A stretch of DNA of 64,000 nucleotides from an uncultured Armatimonadetes bacterium (GTDB taxonomy: Bacteria; Armatimonadota; UBA5829; DTJY01): NCBI GenBank assembly GCA_963717145.1, contig OY970325.1, positions 1,056,001-1,120,000 on the forward strand, written 5' to 3'. Both the position numbers and the translations under genes were made by a program. Positions 37,251-46,000 of the stretch are shown here, in pieces. How positions within the stretch are numbered: the first letter of the stretch is position 1; each line of letters opens with the position of its first letter. The notes beneath the pieces are model-generated. The model made no database searches, was not told the origin of the DNA, and worked only from the letters and a program-made list of their open reading frames with translations.

Positions 37251-38329
37251 TAGCCTATCCGCCAGTCTCCCTCCGGTACCTCAAGTCTCTGACGGACGAC
37301 ACGGGGATATTCCAGCATGGGGTCTTTGCCGTACCTAACCGCCAGCTCGGATACACCACCGACGACAATTCTCGTGCGCTCATCGTGGCTGTGCGGGGTT
37401 ACGAGCACACGCAGTCGCCTGAGATGCTCGAGTTGATACGGATCTACCTCAGTTATCTCCATTACGCTCACACTCCTGAGCACCGTTTCAGCAACATCAT
37501 GACCTACCAGCGGATGTTCCTCGATTCCGATGGCACTGAGGACTGCTTTGGGCGGTGTATGTGGGGCTGTGGGGTTGCATCATCCGCCGACATTCCGGTC
37601 TGCATGCGCGCCGTTGCCAAGAAGATCTTCGACTCGAGTATCCCATGGGTTGCGGACCTGGTCAGTCCTCGTGCGAGGGCATACTCGATCGTCGGGATGT
37701 GTGAGTACCTGGCGATCAACAAGGATGCCGTCGACATTGGCCACAAGATCCTCGCTCTGGCGGATTCCCTGGCTACGCTCTTCCGCGAGTACAGCAGCAG
37801 CGACTGGACTTGGTTCGAGCCGTATATGACTTACGGCAATGCCATATTACCTGTCTGCATGTTGCTGGCCGGCAGTGTAACCGGGAAGAAGAAGTATATG
37901 GAGGTCGGGCGGAGCAGCCTCGATTTCCTTACGGAACAAACTATCATTGACGGCCGGCTCGAGATCGTCGGCAACGACGGCTGGCTGATGAAGGGCGGCA
38001 ACCGTCCCTGGTACGACCAGCAGAGCATCGATGCGGGATACGCGGTGTATGCCTACACTGTCGCATATTCGCTGCTCGGCGACAAGAGCTATCTCGACCA
38101 TGCCTTCACGTGCTATGACTGGTTCTTTGGCAACAACAGATCAGAGATGCCCCTCTACGACCCTGGGAGCGGCGGATGCAGAGACGGCATAAACCCAACG
38201 GGAGTCAATGAGAACCAGGGGGCCGAGGCGTGTTTCTCGTTCCTGCTGGCCCAGCTTGCACTGCGAGACTACATCGAACAGAGGGAACTGCCCACCGAAC
38301 TCGAAGAAGCGCACAGCGAACGACCATGA
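37247..38329 (+). CDS. Alpha/alpha-toroid glycosidase-like protein (partner of GT4)
   Basis: LTDDTGIFQHG, GYTTDDNSRAL, WFEPYMTYGNA, DQQSID, WFFGNN, GGCRDG...NENQGAE. Confidence 0.75.
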   Translation: MIAYPPVSLRYLKSLTDDTGIFQHGVFAVPNRQLGYTTDDNSRALIVAVRGYEHTQSPEMLELIRIYLSYLHYAHTPEHRFSNIMTYQRMFLDSDGTEDCFGRCMWGCGVASSADIPVCMRAVAKKIFDSSIPWVADLVSPRARAYSIVGMCEYLAINKDAVDIGHKILALADSLATLFREYSSSDWTWFEPYMTYGNAILPVCMLLAGSVTGKKKYMEVGRSSLDFLTEQTIIDGRLEIVGNDGWLMKGGNRPWYDQQSIDAGYAVYAYTVAYSLLGDKSYLDHAFTCYDWFFGNNRSEMPLYDPGSGGCRDGINPTGVNENQGAEACFSFLLAQLALRDYIEQRELPTELEEAHSERP

Positions 38330-38339
38330 GGAGGTTTGC

Positions 38340-39203
38340 ATGAGAAGCGATAGGTTGATGGAGTTGGTCACGAACGGGCCGGTCCTGGCTGATGGCGCAA
38401 TGGGCACGATGCTTCAGCTCGAAGGAATGACGCCGGGCGCATGCCCCGAGTTGTGGAACGTGGATAACCCCGATGCCATCAGGCGCGTGCATGCCGCCTA
38501 TGTGGAGGCCGGTTCGCGGATCATCTCTACGAACACTTTTGGCGGAACACGACTCAAACTTGCCGCCTACGGACTTGCGGACCGGGTTGCGGAATTGAAC
38601 TCCGCCGGCGTGGCACTGGCGAGAGAGGTTGCAGGCGACGACCATTTCGTGGCGGCCTTCGTAGGACCGACGGGCAAATTCCTGGAGCCCCTTGGCGATC
38701 TGAGCTTCGACGATGCCGCCGACATATTTGCTGAACAGGCCGCGGCCCTGGCATCGGCCGGCGCAGATGCGATACTCATGGAGACGTTCTCGGATCTCGA
38801 TGAACTGAAGGCCGCGCTTGCCGGGTCGATGAGGACCGGGCTGCCCTGCTTCTGCACTATGGCATTCGATACAGGGGGCCGCACGATGATGGGGGTTGCC
38901 CCTGATGTCGCGGCCAGAACGCTGTCCGACGCCGGCGCCGCTGCTGTCGGTGGGAACTGCGGGATCGGCCCGGACGGGATGCTGGAGGTGCTCCGGCTCA
39001 TGAGGGAGGCCACCGATACCCCCGTGATGGCTCAGCCGAATGCCGGCCTACCGAGGGTAGTGGGAGGCACCGTGATTTTCGATGCGACTCCAGCGGATCT
39101 GGCCGAGTTCGCATCAGAATGCGCATCTCTGGGCATAAACATCATCGGTGGGTGCTGCGGGACTACGCCCGAGCACATCCGGGCGATGGGTGCGAGACTC
39201 TGA
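38340..39203 (+). CDS. Homocysteine S-methyltransferase family protein (MetH Hcy-binding domain, stand-alone)
   Basis: DGAMGTML, TNTFG, GGNC, QPNAGLP, GGCCGTTPEHI. Confidence 0.92.
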   Translation: MRSDRLMELVTNGPVLADGAMGTMLQLEGMTPGACPELWNVDNPDAIRRVHAAYVEAGSRIISTNTFGGTRLKLAAYGLADRVAELNSAGVALAREVAGDDHFVAAFVGPTGKFLEPLGDLSFDDAADIFAEQAAALASAGADAILMETFSDLDELKAALAGSMRTGLPCFCTMAFDTGGRTMMGVAPDVAARTLSDAGAAAVGGNCGIGPDGMLEVLRLMREATDTPVMAQPNAGLPRVVGGTVIFDATPADLAEFASECASLGINIIGGCCGTTPEHIRAMGARL

Positions 39204-39204
39204 A

Positions 39205-40308
39205 ATGCACACCCCTCTGTTCGAAGAGCATGAGCGTCTCGGTGCGAAGATAACCGATTTTGCCGGATGGGAGATGCCCCTGTTCTACAGCGGCATAGTG
39301 GAAGAGACGCTGGCGGTCCGTTCGGCGGCGGGGCTATTCGACCTGTCACACATGGGCGAGATCGTCCTGTCCGGGCCGGGAGCCTCGGATTCGCTCCAGC
39401 ATCTGACCACCAACGACGCCACGCGGCTCGCCGTCGGACAAGCACAGTACACGCTGATCTGCAACGAGCGCGGGGGCGTGCTCGATGATCTGATCGTGTA
39501 CCGCATCGAGGAGGACCGTTACCTGTTGGTCGTGAACGCCTCGAATGCCGGATCAGACTTCACGTGGATCAGCAGGCATCTACTGCGCGAGACTCAGGCA
39601 ACGGATGAGTCGAGGAAGACGGCGATCATCGCAGTTCAAGGGCCCGCTTCATCCAGGATACTATCGCAGTCGGCCGATTTCGACGTCGAGTCGATCAGGC
39701 GCTTCCACGTGCGGCCCGGAGAAGTCGGCGGCATCCAGTGTATGACCGCGAGGACCGGATACACCGGCGAGGACGGCTTCGAGTTGATCTGCGCATGGGA
39801 TGATGCACGTCCTCTCTGGAGTGCTTTGATGGATGCGGGACGGCCACACGGCCTCGTTCCTGCGGGCCTCGGGGCGAGGGACGTGCTCCGGCACGAGGCG
39901 GCTTACTCGCTATATGGGCATGAACTGACTGAGGAGATCACGCCGGTGGAGGCGCGGCTGATGTGGGTCGTAGACCTCGAGAAGGGCGACTTCATCGGCA
40001 GGGATGCGATCCGAACTGCGAAGGACGCAGGCCCGAAGAAGGTGTTGGCGGGGCTTGAGGCGATCGAGAGATGCATTCCTCGTCAGGGCTACCCGGTCCA
40101 GTCGGCAGGCGATTGGATCGGTTACATCACGAGCGGAACGTACTCTCCGACCCTTAGAAAGGCGATCGCCTTGTCCTATGTTTCGCCGGATTTCGCTCTA
40201 GCAGATACCGAACTCGATATCATCGTTCGCAACAGGCCTTGCAAGTCGCGCGTAGTGCGCACGCCGTTCTACAAGTCCGGCGCTGTTCAGACGAGCGCAT
40301 CAGTCTAA
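39205..40308 (+). CDS. gcvT: Glycine cleavage system aminomethyltransferase T
   Basis: FAGWEMP, LFDLSHMG, ARTGYTGEDGFE, GLGARDVLR.EA. Confidence 0.96.
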   Translation: MHTPLFEEHERLGAKITDFAGWEMPLFYSGIVEETLAVRSAAGLFDLSHMGEIVLSGPGASDSLQHLTTNDATRLAVGQAQYTLICNERGGVLDDLIVYRIEEDRYLLVVNASNAGSDFTWISRHLLRETQATDESRKTAIIAVQGPASSRILSQSADFDVESIRRFHVRPGEVGGIQCMTARTGYTGEDGFELICAWDDARPLWSALMDAGRPHGLVPAGLGARDVLRHEAAYSLYGHELTEEITPVEARLMWVVDLEKGDFIGRDAIRTAKDAGPKKVLAGLEAIERCIPRQGYPVQSAGDWIGYITSGTYSPTLRKAIALSYVSPDFALADTELDIIVRNRPCKSRVVRTPFYKSGAVQTSASV

Positions 40309-40320
40309 GGAGGACTCACA

Positions 40321-40701
40321 GTGAATCCTGAGGATCTCAGATACAGTACTTCGCATGAATGGGTCAGAGTAGAAGACGACCTGGCGACTGTCGGGATCAC
40401 CGACTACGCGCAGTCGGAGCTTGGCGATGTCGTATTCGTCGAACTGCCTGACCAGGGGGCGACGTTCCAGAAGGGCGATGTGTTCGGCACGGTGGAATCG
40501 ATCAAGACTGTTTCAGACCTGTTGATCCCGGTGAGTGGCGAAGTCGTCGAGGTGAACGACGAACTCCCGGACATCCCCGAGCATGTGAATGACAGCCCTT
40601 ACGGAACCGGCTGGATGGTGATTGTGAAGCTCGAGGACCCCAGCGAGATTGACGATCTGATGACCTCTGAGCAGTACGAGATCTTCATCAAAGACCAGTG
40701 A
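40321..40701 (+). CDS. gcvH: Glycine cleavage system H protein
   Basis: HEWV, GITDYAQ.ELGDVVFV, lipoyl Lys in VESIKT. Confidence 0.96.
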   Translation: MNPEDLRYSTSHEWVRVEDDLATVGITDYAQSELGDVVFVELPDQGATFQKGDVFGTVESIKTVSDLLIPVSGEVVEVNDELPDIPEHVNDSPYGTGWMVIVKLEDPSEIDDLMTSEQYEIFIKDQ

Positions 40702-42038
40702 AGTCACCCTACATCCCGAATGCCGAAGCAGACCGCAGGAAAATGCTCGATTCGCTTGGCCTTTCGAGCGTTTCCGACCTGTTTTCGTCCGTCCCCCCCG
40801 AGATGCGTCTCAAGGGAGACCTCGATATCCCTGGGCCGCTCAGTGAGCCGGAACTGCGCCGGCACGCGTTGGAGATCGGCGCTCGGAACCACGATATCGA
40901 GTCACATCCGTGCTTCCTTGGCGCGGGCATCTACGACCACTACATCCCGGCGACCGTTCCCGCGATCACCTCGCGGTCGGAATTCTACACGTCCTACACT
41001 CCATACCAGCCGGAGATGAGCCAGGGAAACCTGCAGGCGATCTTCGAGTTCCAGACTATGGTCTGCCGTCTCACCGGCATGGAGGTCGCAAACGCCTCGA
41101 TGTACGACGCCGCGAGCGCACTGGCCGAGGCGGCTCTGATGGCGAACAGCATCACCGGCCGGACGAGATGGCTCGTGTCGCGCGCGGTTCATCCCTCATA
41201 CCGCGAGACGATGCGAACTTATGGGTGGGGCTCCGGGTCCACGATCGACGAACTCCCGATGTCCGGCATACTGACCGACATCGAAGCCCTGGAGTCGCGC
41301 ATCGGTCCGGATGTCTCGTGTGTGGTCGTCCAGCAGCCGAACTTCCTGGGCGCGCTGGAGGATCTCTCGCGCATCGAGCAGATCGTTCACCAGCACGGCG
41401 CCCTCTTCGTCGTCAGCTTCGATCCGATCTGCCTCGGACTACTGAAGTCGCCCGGAGAGTATAGCGCCAACATCTGCGTGGGGGAGGGACAGTCGCTCGG
41501 CATCGCGCCCGGCTTCGGGGGACCGCTCCTCGGCCTGATGGCGTGCAAGAAAGAGTACGTGCGCCAGATGCCCGGGCGTCTCGTCGGAGCCACGGTCGAT
41601 GTGGAGGGCAGGCGATCATATACCCTGACTCTGCAGACCCGTGAGCAGCACATACGCCGGGAGCGCGCGACTTCCAACATATGCACGAATCAGGCGCTCA
41701 ATGCGCTTGCCGCGACGGTCTATATGGCAACTCTCGGGCCTCACGGCCTGCGACAAGTCGCGGAGTTATGCTTCGAGAAAGCGCATTATGCCGCGGAACG
41801 GATCGCGGGACTCGATGGATTCGACGTCCTTGAGGAGCAGCAGTTTGTTAAGGAAGTTGTCCTGAGATGTAACAGACCTGTACCTGCGATCAACGCACGA
41901 CTTCTGCAGCAGGGCGTCATCGGCGGGCTCGATCTCGGCAGGTTCTACCCCGAGTTCGCCAATCACATGCTGCTCTGCGTCACCGAGAAGCGCACCAGGC
42001 AGGAGATCGACGCGTTAGTGGAGTGTCTTGCGGAATGA
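40698..42038 (+). CDS. gcvPA: Glycine dehydrogenase subunit 1
   Basis: FLGAG.Y.H, YTPYQPEMSQG, NASMYD, TREQHIRRERATSNICTNQ. Confidence 0.96.
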   Translation: MKSPYIPNAEADRRKMLDSLGLSSVSDLFSSVPPEMRLKGDLDIPGPLSEPELRRHALEIGARNHDIESHPCFLGAGIYDHYIPATVPAITSRSEFYTSYTPYQPEMSQGNLQAIFEFQTMVCRLTGMEVANASMYDAASALAEAALMANSITGRTRWLVSRAVHPSYRETMRTYGWGSGSTIDELPMSGILTDIEALESRIGPDVSCVVVQQPNFLGALEDLSRIEQIVHQHGALFVVSFDPICLGLLKSPGEYSANICVGEGQSLGIAPGFGGPLLGLMACKKEYVRQMPGRLVGATVDVEGRRSYTLTLQTREQHIRRERATSNICTNQALNALAATVYMATLGPHGLRQVAELCFEKAHYAAERIAGLDGFDVLEEQQFVKEVVLRCNRPVPAINARLLQQGVIGGLDLGRFYPEFANHMLLCVTEKRTRQEIDALVECLAE

Positions 42039-43486
42039 AAGACGAGCCAACCATCTTCGAACTGAGTTCACCCGGGCGGATCGGTGTCAGCCTCCCCGAG
42101 AGCGATGTGCCTCACCAGGACGCCGAGGGCATCCTGGGCACATCTGTCCGCGATTCTCTCGCGCTCCCTGAGGTCAGCCAGGTGGACGTGATTCGCCACT
42201 ATACGCATCTCTCGACGATCAACTACGGGATTGACACCGGCTTCTACCCGCTCGGCTCCTGCACGATGAAGTACAACCCCAAGATCAACGAGCAGTTGGC
42301 GGCTCTGCCCGGGCTCTCCATGCTCCATCCGTACCAGGACGAGGCGGCCAGCCAGGGGATCCTTCGGCTGCTCCACGATATGGGGCGCTTCCTTGCGGAG
42401 ATCGGCGGGATGGACGCGGTCACACTTCAGCCGGCGGCGGGGGCTCAAGGCGAACTCGTGGCCATGATGATCTTCAAACGACACCATGACAGGGTGGGGG
42501 AGGGTCACCGGCGCATAGTCATCGTTCCCGACTCCTCCCACGGGACGAATCCCGCTACGGCCGCCCGAGCCGGTTACGAGGTGAGGACGGTGGTTTCCGG
42601 CGCGGATGGACGAGTGGACGTGGAGGCTCTTAAGGCGGAACTGTCGGATCAGGTTGCAGCCGTCATGCTCACGAATCCGAACACGCTTGGGCTTTTCGAG
42701 AGCGAGGTTGCACAGATCACGAAATGCGTCCACGATGCCGGCGCACTCGCGTACTGCGACGGCGCCAATATGAACGCCATCCTCGGGATCAGTCGGCCCG
42801 GTGACATGGGCTTCGATGCGATGCATTTCAACCTGCACAAGACTTTTTCCTCGCCACACGGGGGTGGGGGACCGGGTTCGGGTCCCGTCGCCGTAAAGGA
42901 TTTCCTTTCGCGATATCTGCCTGTGCCGATCGTGGAGGACCGCGACGGCCGCATTCTCCTCATCAACGACAGGCCCGATTCCATCGGCAGGGTGCATGCG
43001 TTCTATGGCAATATCGGGGTGATCGTCAGGGCCTATCTCTACATCATGAGTCTCGGCGCGGAAGGACTCCGATCGGTAGCTGAGAATGCGGTTCTGAATG
43101 CCAACTACCTGCTGGCACGGATGGAGGGCGCCTATGACGTGCCCTATGGCCACCGATGCATGCATGAGTTCGTCGCATCGGCTCAGAGGCAGAAGCTGAG
43201 GGGCGTCAAGGCGATGGACATCCTCAAGCGGCTCATGGACTTCGGCTTCCATCCTCCCACGGTTTACTTCCCTCTGATCGTACCCGAGGCGCTCATGATC
43301 GAGCCCACCGAGACGGAGAGCAGAGAGACCCTCGATGCATTCGCCGATGCGATGTTGACGATCGCGCAGGAGGTCGAGACGAATCCCGAAGTGGTAACAT
43401 CCGCTCCGCACAACACATACCGCCGGCACGTGGATGAAGCCCAGGCCGCTCGTAAGCTGGAGTTGACATGGGAACCTGGCGACTGA
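42035..43486 (+). CDS. gcvPB: Glycine dehydrogenase subunit 2
   Basis: YPLGSCTMKYNP, HGTNPA, NLHKTFSSPHGGGGPG, MIEPTETE. Confidence 0.96.
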   Translation: MKDEPTIFELSSPGRIGVSLPESDVPHQDAEGILGTSVRDSLALPEVSQVDVIRHYTHLSTINYGIDTGFYPLGSCTMKYNPKINEQLAALPGLSMLHPYQDEAASQGILRLLHDMGRFLAEIGGMDAVTLQPAAGAQGELVAMMIFKRHHDRVGEGHRRIVIVPDSSHGTNPATAARAGYEVRTVVSGADGRVDVEALKAELSDQVAAVMLTNPNTLGLFESEVAQITKCVHDAGALAYCDGANMNAILGISRPGDMGFDAMHFNLHKTFSSPHGGGGPGSGPVAVKDFLSRYLPVPIVEDRDGRILLINDRPDSIGRVHAFYGNIGVIVRAYLYIMSLGAEGLRSVAENAVLNANYLLARMEGAYDVPYGHRCMHEFVASAQRQKLRGVKAMDILKRLMDFGFHPPTVYFPLIVPEALMIEPTETESRETLDAFADAMLTIAQEVETNPEVVTSAPHNTYRRHVDEAQAARKLELTWEPGD

Positions 43487-44223
43487 TCTGCGACGGTGAC
43501 AGGAACGCGGCCATGAACATGGCCGTCGACGAAGCCATCATGGCGGCACACCTCAATGGCCGATGTCCGCCCACCCTGCGACTCTACGGATGGGAGCGCC
43601 CCTCGCTCTCCTTCGGCTACTTCCAGGACATCGCTCGCGGCGGAATAGACCTGGATTTCTGTCAGGAGGCCGGAATCCAACTTGTCCGAAGGCCCACAGG
43701 GGGCCGCGCGGTGCTTCACGGGCACGATGTCACCTTCAGCATCGTCATATTGGAGACGGAGCTGCCGGATGATCACAGAAGCGTGCTCGGCAGCCATACC
43801 TGGCTCATGGGAGGAATAGTCGAGGGATTGAGAGCGCTCGGGATCGATGCCCGACTCGGAGGCGCGGAGGGCTCGCCCTCCGCGAAGAGTGCGGACTGCT
43901 TTGCCCATGCGGCTGCCTGTGACATCGTGGTGGGAGCGCGCAAGGTCGCCGGCTCGGCGCAGGTCCGACGGCATGGGGTGATCCTCGAGCAGGGATCGAT
44001 CCCATTTCGCCGTCCGGAGGTCGAACCTTCCCGCGTTTACGGTCGTCAGATGGATGAAGATTGTGAGCTGCTTCCCGGTCTTGATCGAAGATCTATCGAG
44101 GATGCGATCGTCCTCGGGTTTCGAGACAGCCAGGGAATCGAGATGATCGAGCATCCGCTCTCTCCACAAGAGATCCGGGCTGCCGAGGTCCTCGCCGCGA
44201 CCAAGGTCAGCGATCAGCAGTGA
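43468..44223 (+). CDS. Lipoate-protein ligase / octanoyltransferase (LplA/LipM family)
   Basis: NMAVDEA, PTLRLYGW, RRPTGGRAVLH, KVAGSAQ. Confidence 0.9.
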   Translation: MGTWRLICDGDRNAAMNMAVDEAIMAAHLNGRCPPTLRLYGWERPSLSFGYFQDIARGGIDLDFCQEAGIQLVRRPTGGRAVLHGHDVTFSIVILETELPDDHRSVLGSHTWLMGGIVEGLRALGIDARLGGAEGSPSAKSADCFAHAAACDIVVGARKVAGSAQVRRHGVILEQGSIPFRRPEVEPSRVYGRQMDEDCELLPGLDRRSIEDAIVLGFRDSQGIEMIEHPLSPQEIRAAEVLAATKVSDQQ

Positions 44224-44228
44224 CTCTG

Positions 44229-44400
44229 GGGTGCATTCGAGCTGAGTGGGTGGCGACCGTCTCTCGTTATGCCACCAGAGTGGCTACTCGAGACTAGACG
44301 GTTGGGGTTTGGAGACACTGGCATACCACCCAACCGTTCTCCTCGAGTAGCCACTCTGGTGGCATAACGAGAGGCTAGCCCACTCTGCGGAAATGCACCC
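44229..44400. repeat. ~170-nt nested palindrome with 32-bp perfect arms
   Basis: ctctcgttatgccaccagagtggctactcgag (44261-44292) / complement (44342-44373); inner acggttggg / cccaaccgt; outer gggtgcatt / aatgcaccc. Confidence 0.9.
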
Positions 44401-44417
44401 GTGACTCTGCACATTCG

Positions 44418-44446
44418 TTGACACGAGAGAGCGGCCATGCTATACT
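44418..44446 (+). promoter_or_regulatory. sigma70 promoter
   Basis: TTGACA-N17-TATACT with TG extension. Confidence 0.85.
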
Positions 44447-44476
44447 AACTGCGATTGTCTTACAGGAGGACACCTT

Positions 44477-44887
44477 ATGCCGCGGAAGATTCTTACCGTC
44501 GACGACGAGAAACACATAGTCCGGCTGATCCAGGTCAATCTGGAGCGCCACGGATACGAAGTCGTGACGGCCTTTGACGGTCGGGAAGCGCTCACAAAGG
44601 TTGATGAAGAGCGTCCCGACCTGGTGATTCTCGACGTCATGATGCCGTATATGGACGGGTTCGAGGTGCTGCAGAACCTCAAGCGGAACCCCGGCACTCG
44701 AGATATTCCTGTGATAATGCTAACGGCGAAGGCTCAAGATGCCGATGTATTTAAGGGATGGCAGTCGGGCGTTGACTGCTACCTTACGAAGCCTTTCAAC
44801 CCGATGGAGTTGATATCGTTCGTACAGCGCATCTTCAAGTCGTTGGAGCAGGACGACTTCGGCGGAAAGCGCTACGAGCTGAAGTAA
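44477..44887 (+). CDS. Single-domain response regulator (receiver)
   Basis: TVDDE, LDVMMP, MLTAK, YLTKPF; SD AGGAGG. Confidence 0.95.
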   Translation: MPRKILTVDDEKHIVRLIQVNLERHGYEVVTAFDGREALTKVDEERPDLVILDVMMPYMDGFEVLQNLKRNPGTRDIPVIMLTAKAQDADVFKGWQSGVDCYLTKPFNPMELISFVQRIFKSLEQDDFGGKRYELK

Positions 44888-44910
44888 CATTATCTTATCG
44901 AGGGGTGGCA

Positions 44911-45141
44911 ATGTCTGAAGATACCGTATGCTGTCTCGGCGACAACGCAAAATGGCCGACTGTTGTGGGTATCACAGCCGGAGTGGTCGGTGGCTTGCTC
45001 GTGGGTCTATATCTCTACATGCGGGCGCAGGAAGACGCAGAAATCCCGGTCCGCGACGCGAAGGATGTTATAGCGCAGTGCTATGAGAAGATCCAGGAGA
45101 TCGAGTCGGGGCTCAGCAGCCTGAGGCAGCCGGCCACCTGA
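44911..45141 (+). CDS. Small membrane-anchored hypothetical protein
   Basis: SD GAGGGG, one TM helix, followed by terminator. Confidence 0.65.
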   Translation: MSEDTVCCLGDNAKWPTVVGITAGVVGGLLVGLYLYMRAQEDAEIPVRDAKDVIAQCYEKIQEIESGLSSLRQPAT

Positions 45142-45173
45142 CGAGTCTCGAAGAAGCCGAAGAGAATTGCTGA

Positions 45174-45214
45174 ACGAGGGGCATGGATACGCGATCCTGC
45201 CCCTCGTTTGTTTG
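45174..45214 (+). terminator. Intrinsic terminator
   Basis: aacgaggggca...tgcccctcgtt followed by tgttt. Confidence 0.65.
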
Positions 45215-45259
45215 TGGAGCAGCAGGGGATGAGAGGCCATCCGGTCGAATCGAAATCCA

Positions 45260-45287
45260 CAGTCCGATAATATATCTTATGTTAACT
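45260..45287 (+). other. dif site (XerC/XerD chromosome dimer resolution)
   Basis: CAGTCCGATAA-TATATC-TTATGTTAACT; XerD arm matches TTATGTTAAAT at 10/11; located at the gene-orientation switch. Confidence 0.88.
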
Positions 45288-45306
45288 CACTGGTCCTGAA
45301 CGCAAG

Positions 45307-45339
45307 AAAGGCGGCCCGGAGACTATCCGGACCGCCTTT
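45307..45339 (-). terminator. Intrinsic terminator for DUF151 gene
   Basis: aaaggcgg-cccggagactatccgga-ccgccttt. Confidence 0.6.
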
Positions 45340-45352
45340 ACGATGTCATCCC

Positions 45353-45922
45353 CTACTGCGTATCGAAGTCTTCGCCTACCGCGGCCTGTTGCAGGACCGA
45401 TTCCGCGACGTAGATCGGCGCCTTTGCCCTCAGTGCCAGAGCGATCGCATCACTCGGGCGCGAGTCGATGTCCACGAGATTCCCGTTGTTCCCAACCGAA
45501 ATCTTCGCGTAGTACGTCTCATGCCACAGGTCGTCGATCACAATCCGCTCCATGCGACCTCCGAGTCGATCCACGAGGTTCTTCATCAGGTCGTGAGTCA
45601 TCGGACGATCTGGCGTAGCGCCTTCCAGAGCCAGTGAGATGGCATATGCCTCATACCGGCCAATCCAGATCAGCACCTGACGCCCACGGCTATCTCTGAG
45701 AAGGACGAATGCAGCCGCCTCCATGCCTTGCTCCAGATGCTCGTACACACCCATGACCTTGACTTCCTTCTCGTCGAGGTCTCGAGGCGTTCGATTCTCC
45801 ACCTCGGAGTCGAACGATCTGTCCGGACTCTCTAAGCCACCCAGATCCGGTTGCGCATCCTGCGGCATACCATTATCCAGATTATCTTCAGGTTCTCGAT
45901 CGAACGGCTGTTCGTTTTCCAC
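45353..45922 (-). CDS. Bifunctional nuclease family protein (DUF151)
   Basis: IWIGRYEA.AI, RPMTHDL, DSRPSDAIALA. Confidence 0.92.
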   Translation of the reverse strand: MENEQPFDREPEDNLDNGMPQDAQPDLGGLESPDRSFDSEVENRTPRDLDEKEVKVMGVYEHLEQGMEAAAFVLLRDSRGRQVLIWIGRYEAYAISLALEGATPDRPMTHDLMKNLVDRLGGRMERIVIDDLWHETYYAKISVGNNGNLVDIDSRPSDAIALALRAKAPIYVAESVLQQAAVGEDFDTQ

Positions 45923-46000
45923 GAAACTACCCTCCGCTGCATTACCGGCCCACGGCTTTCTCTTACTATTATGGCCGTTGTTACCCTAGAATGCAGTGCG

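Noticed and set aside
37248-37253. UGA read-through fusing GT4 to its partner
   Set aside because: TGA is followed immediately by TAG, and the partner is in another frame with its own SD.
39100-39204. Glycine riboswitch before gcvT
   Set aside because: There is no intergenic space; the upstream CDS ends 1 nt before gcvT.
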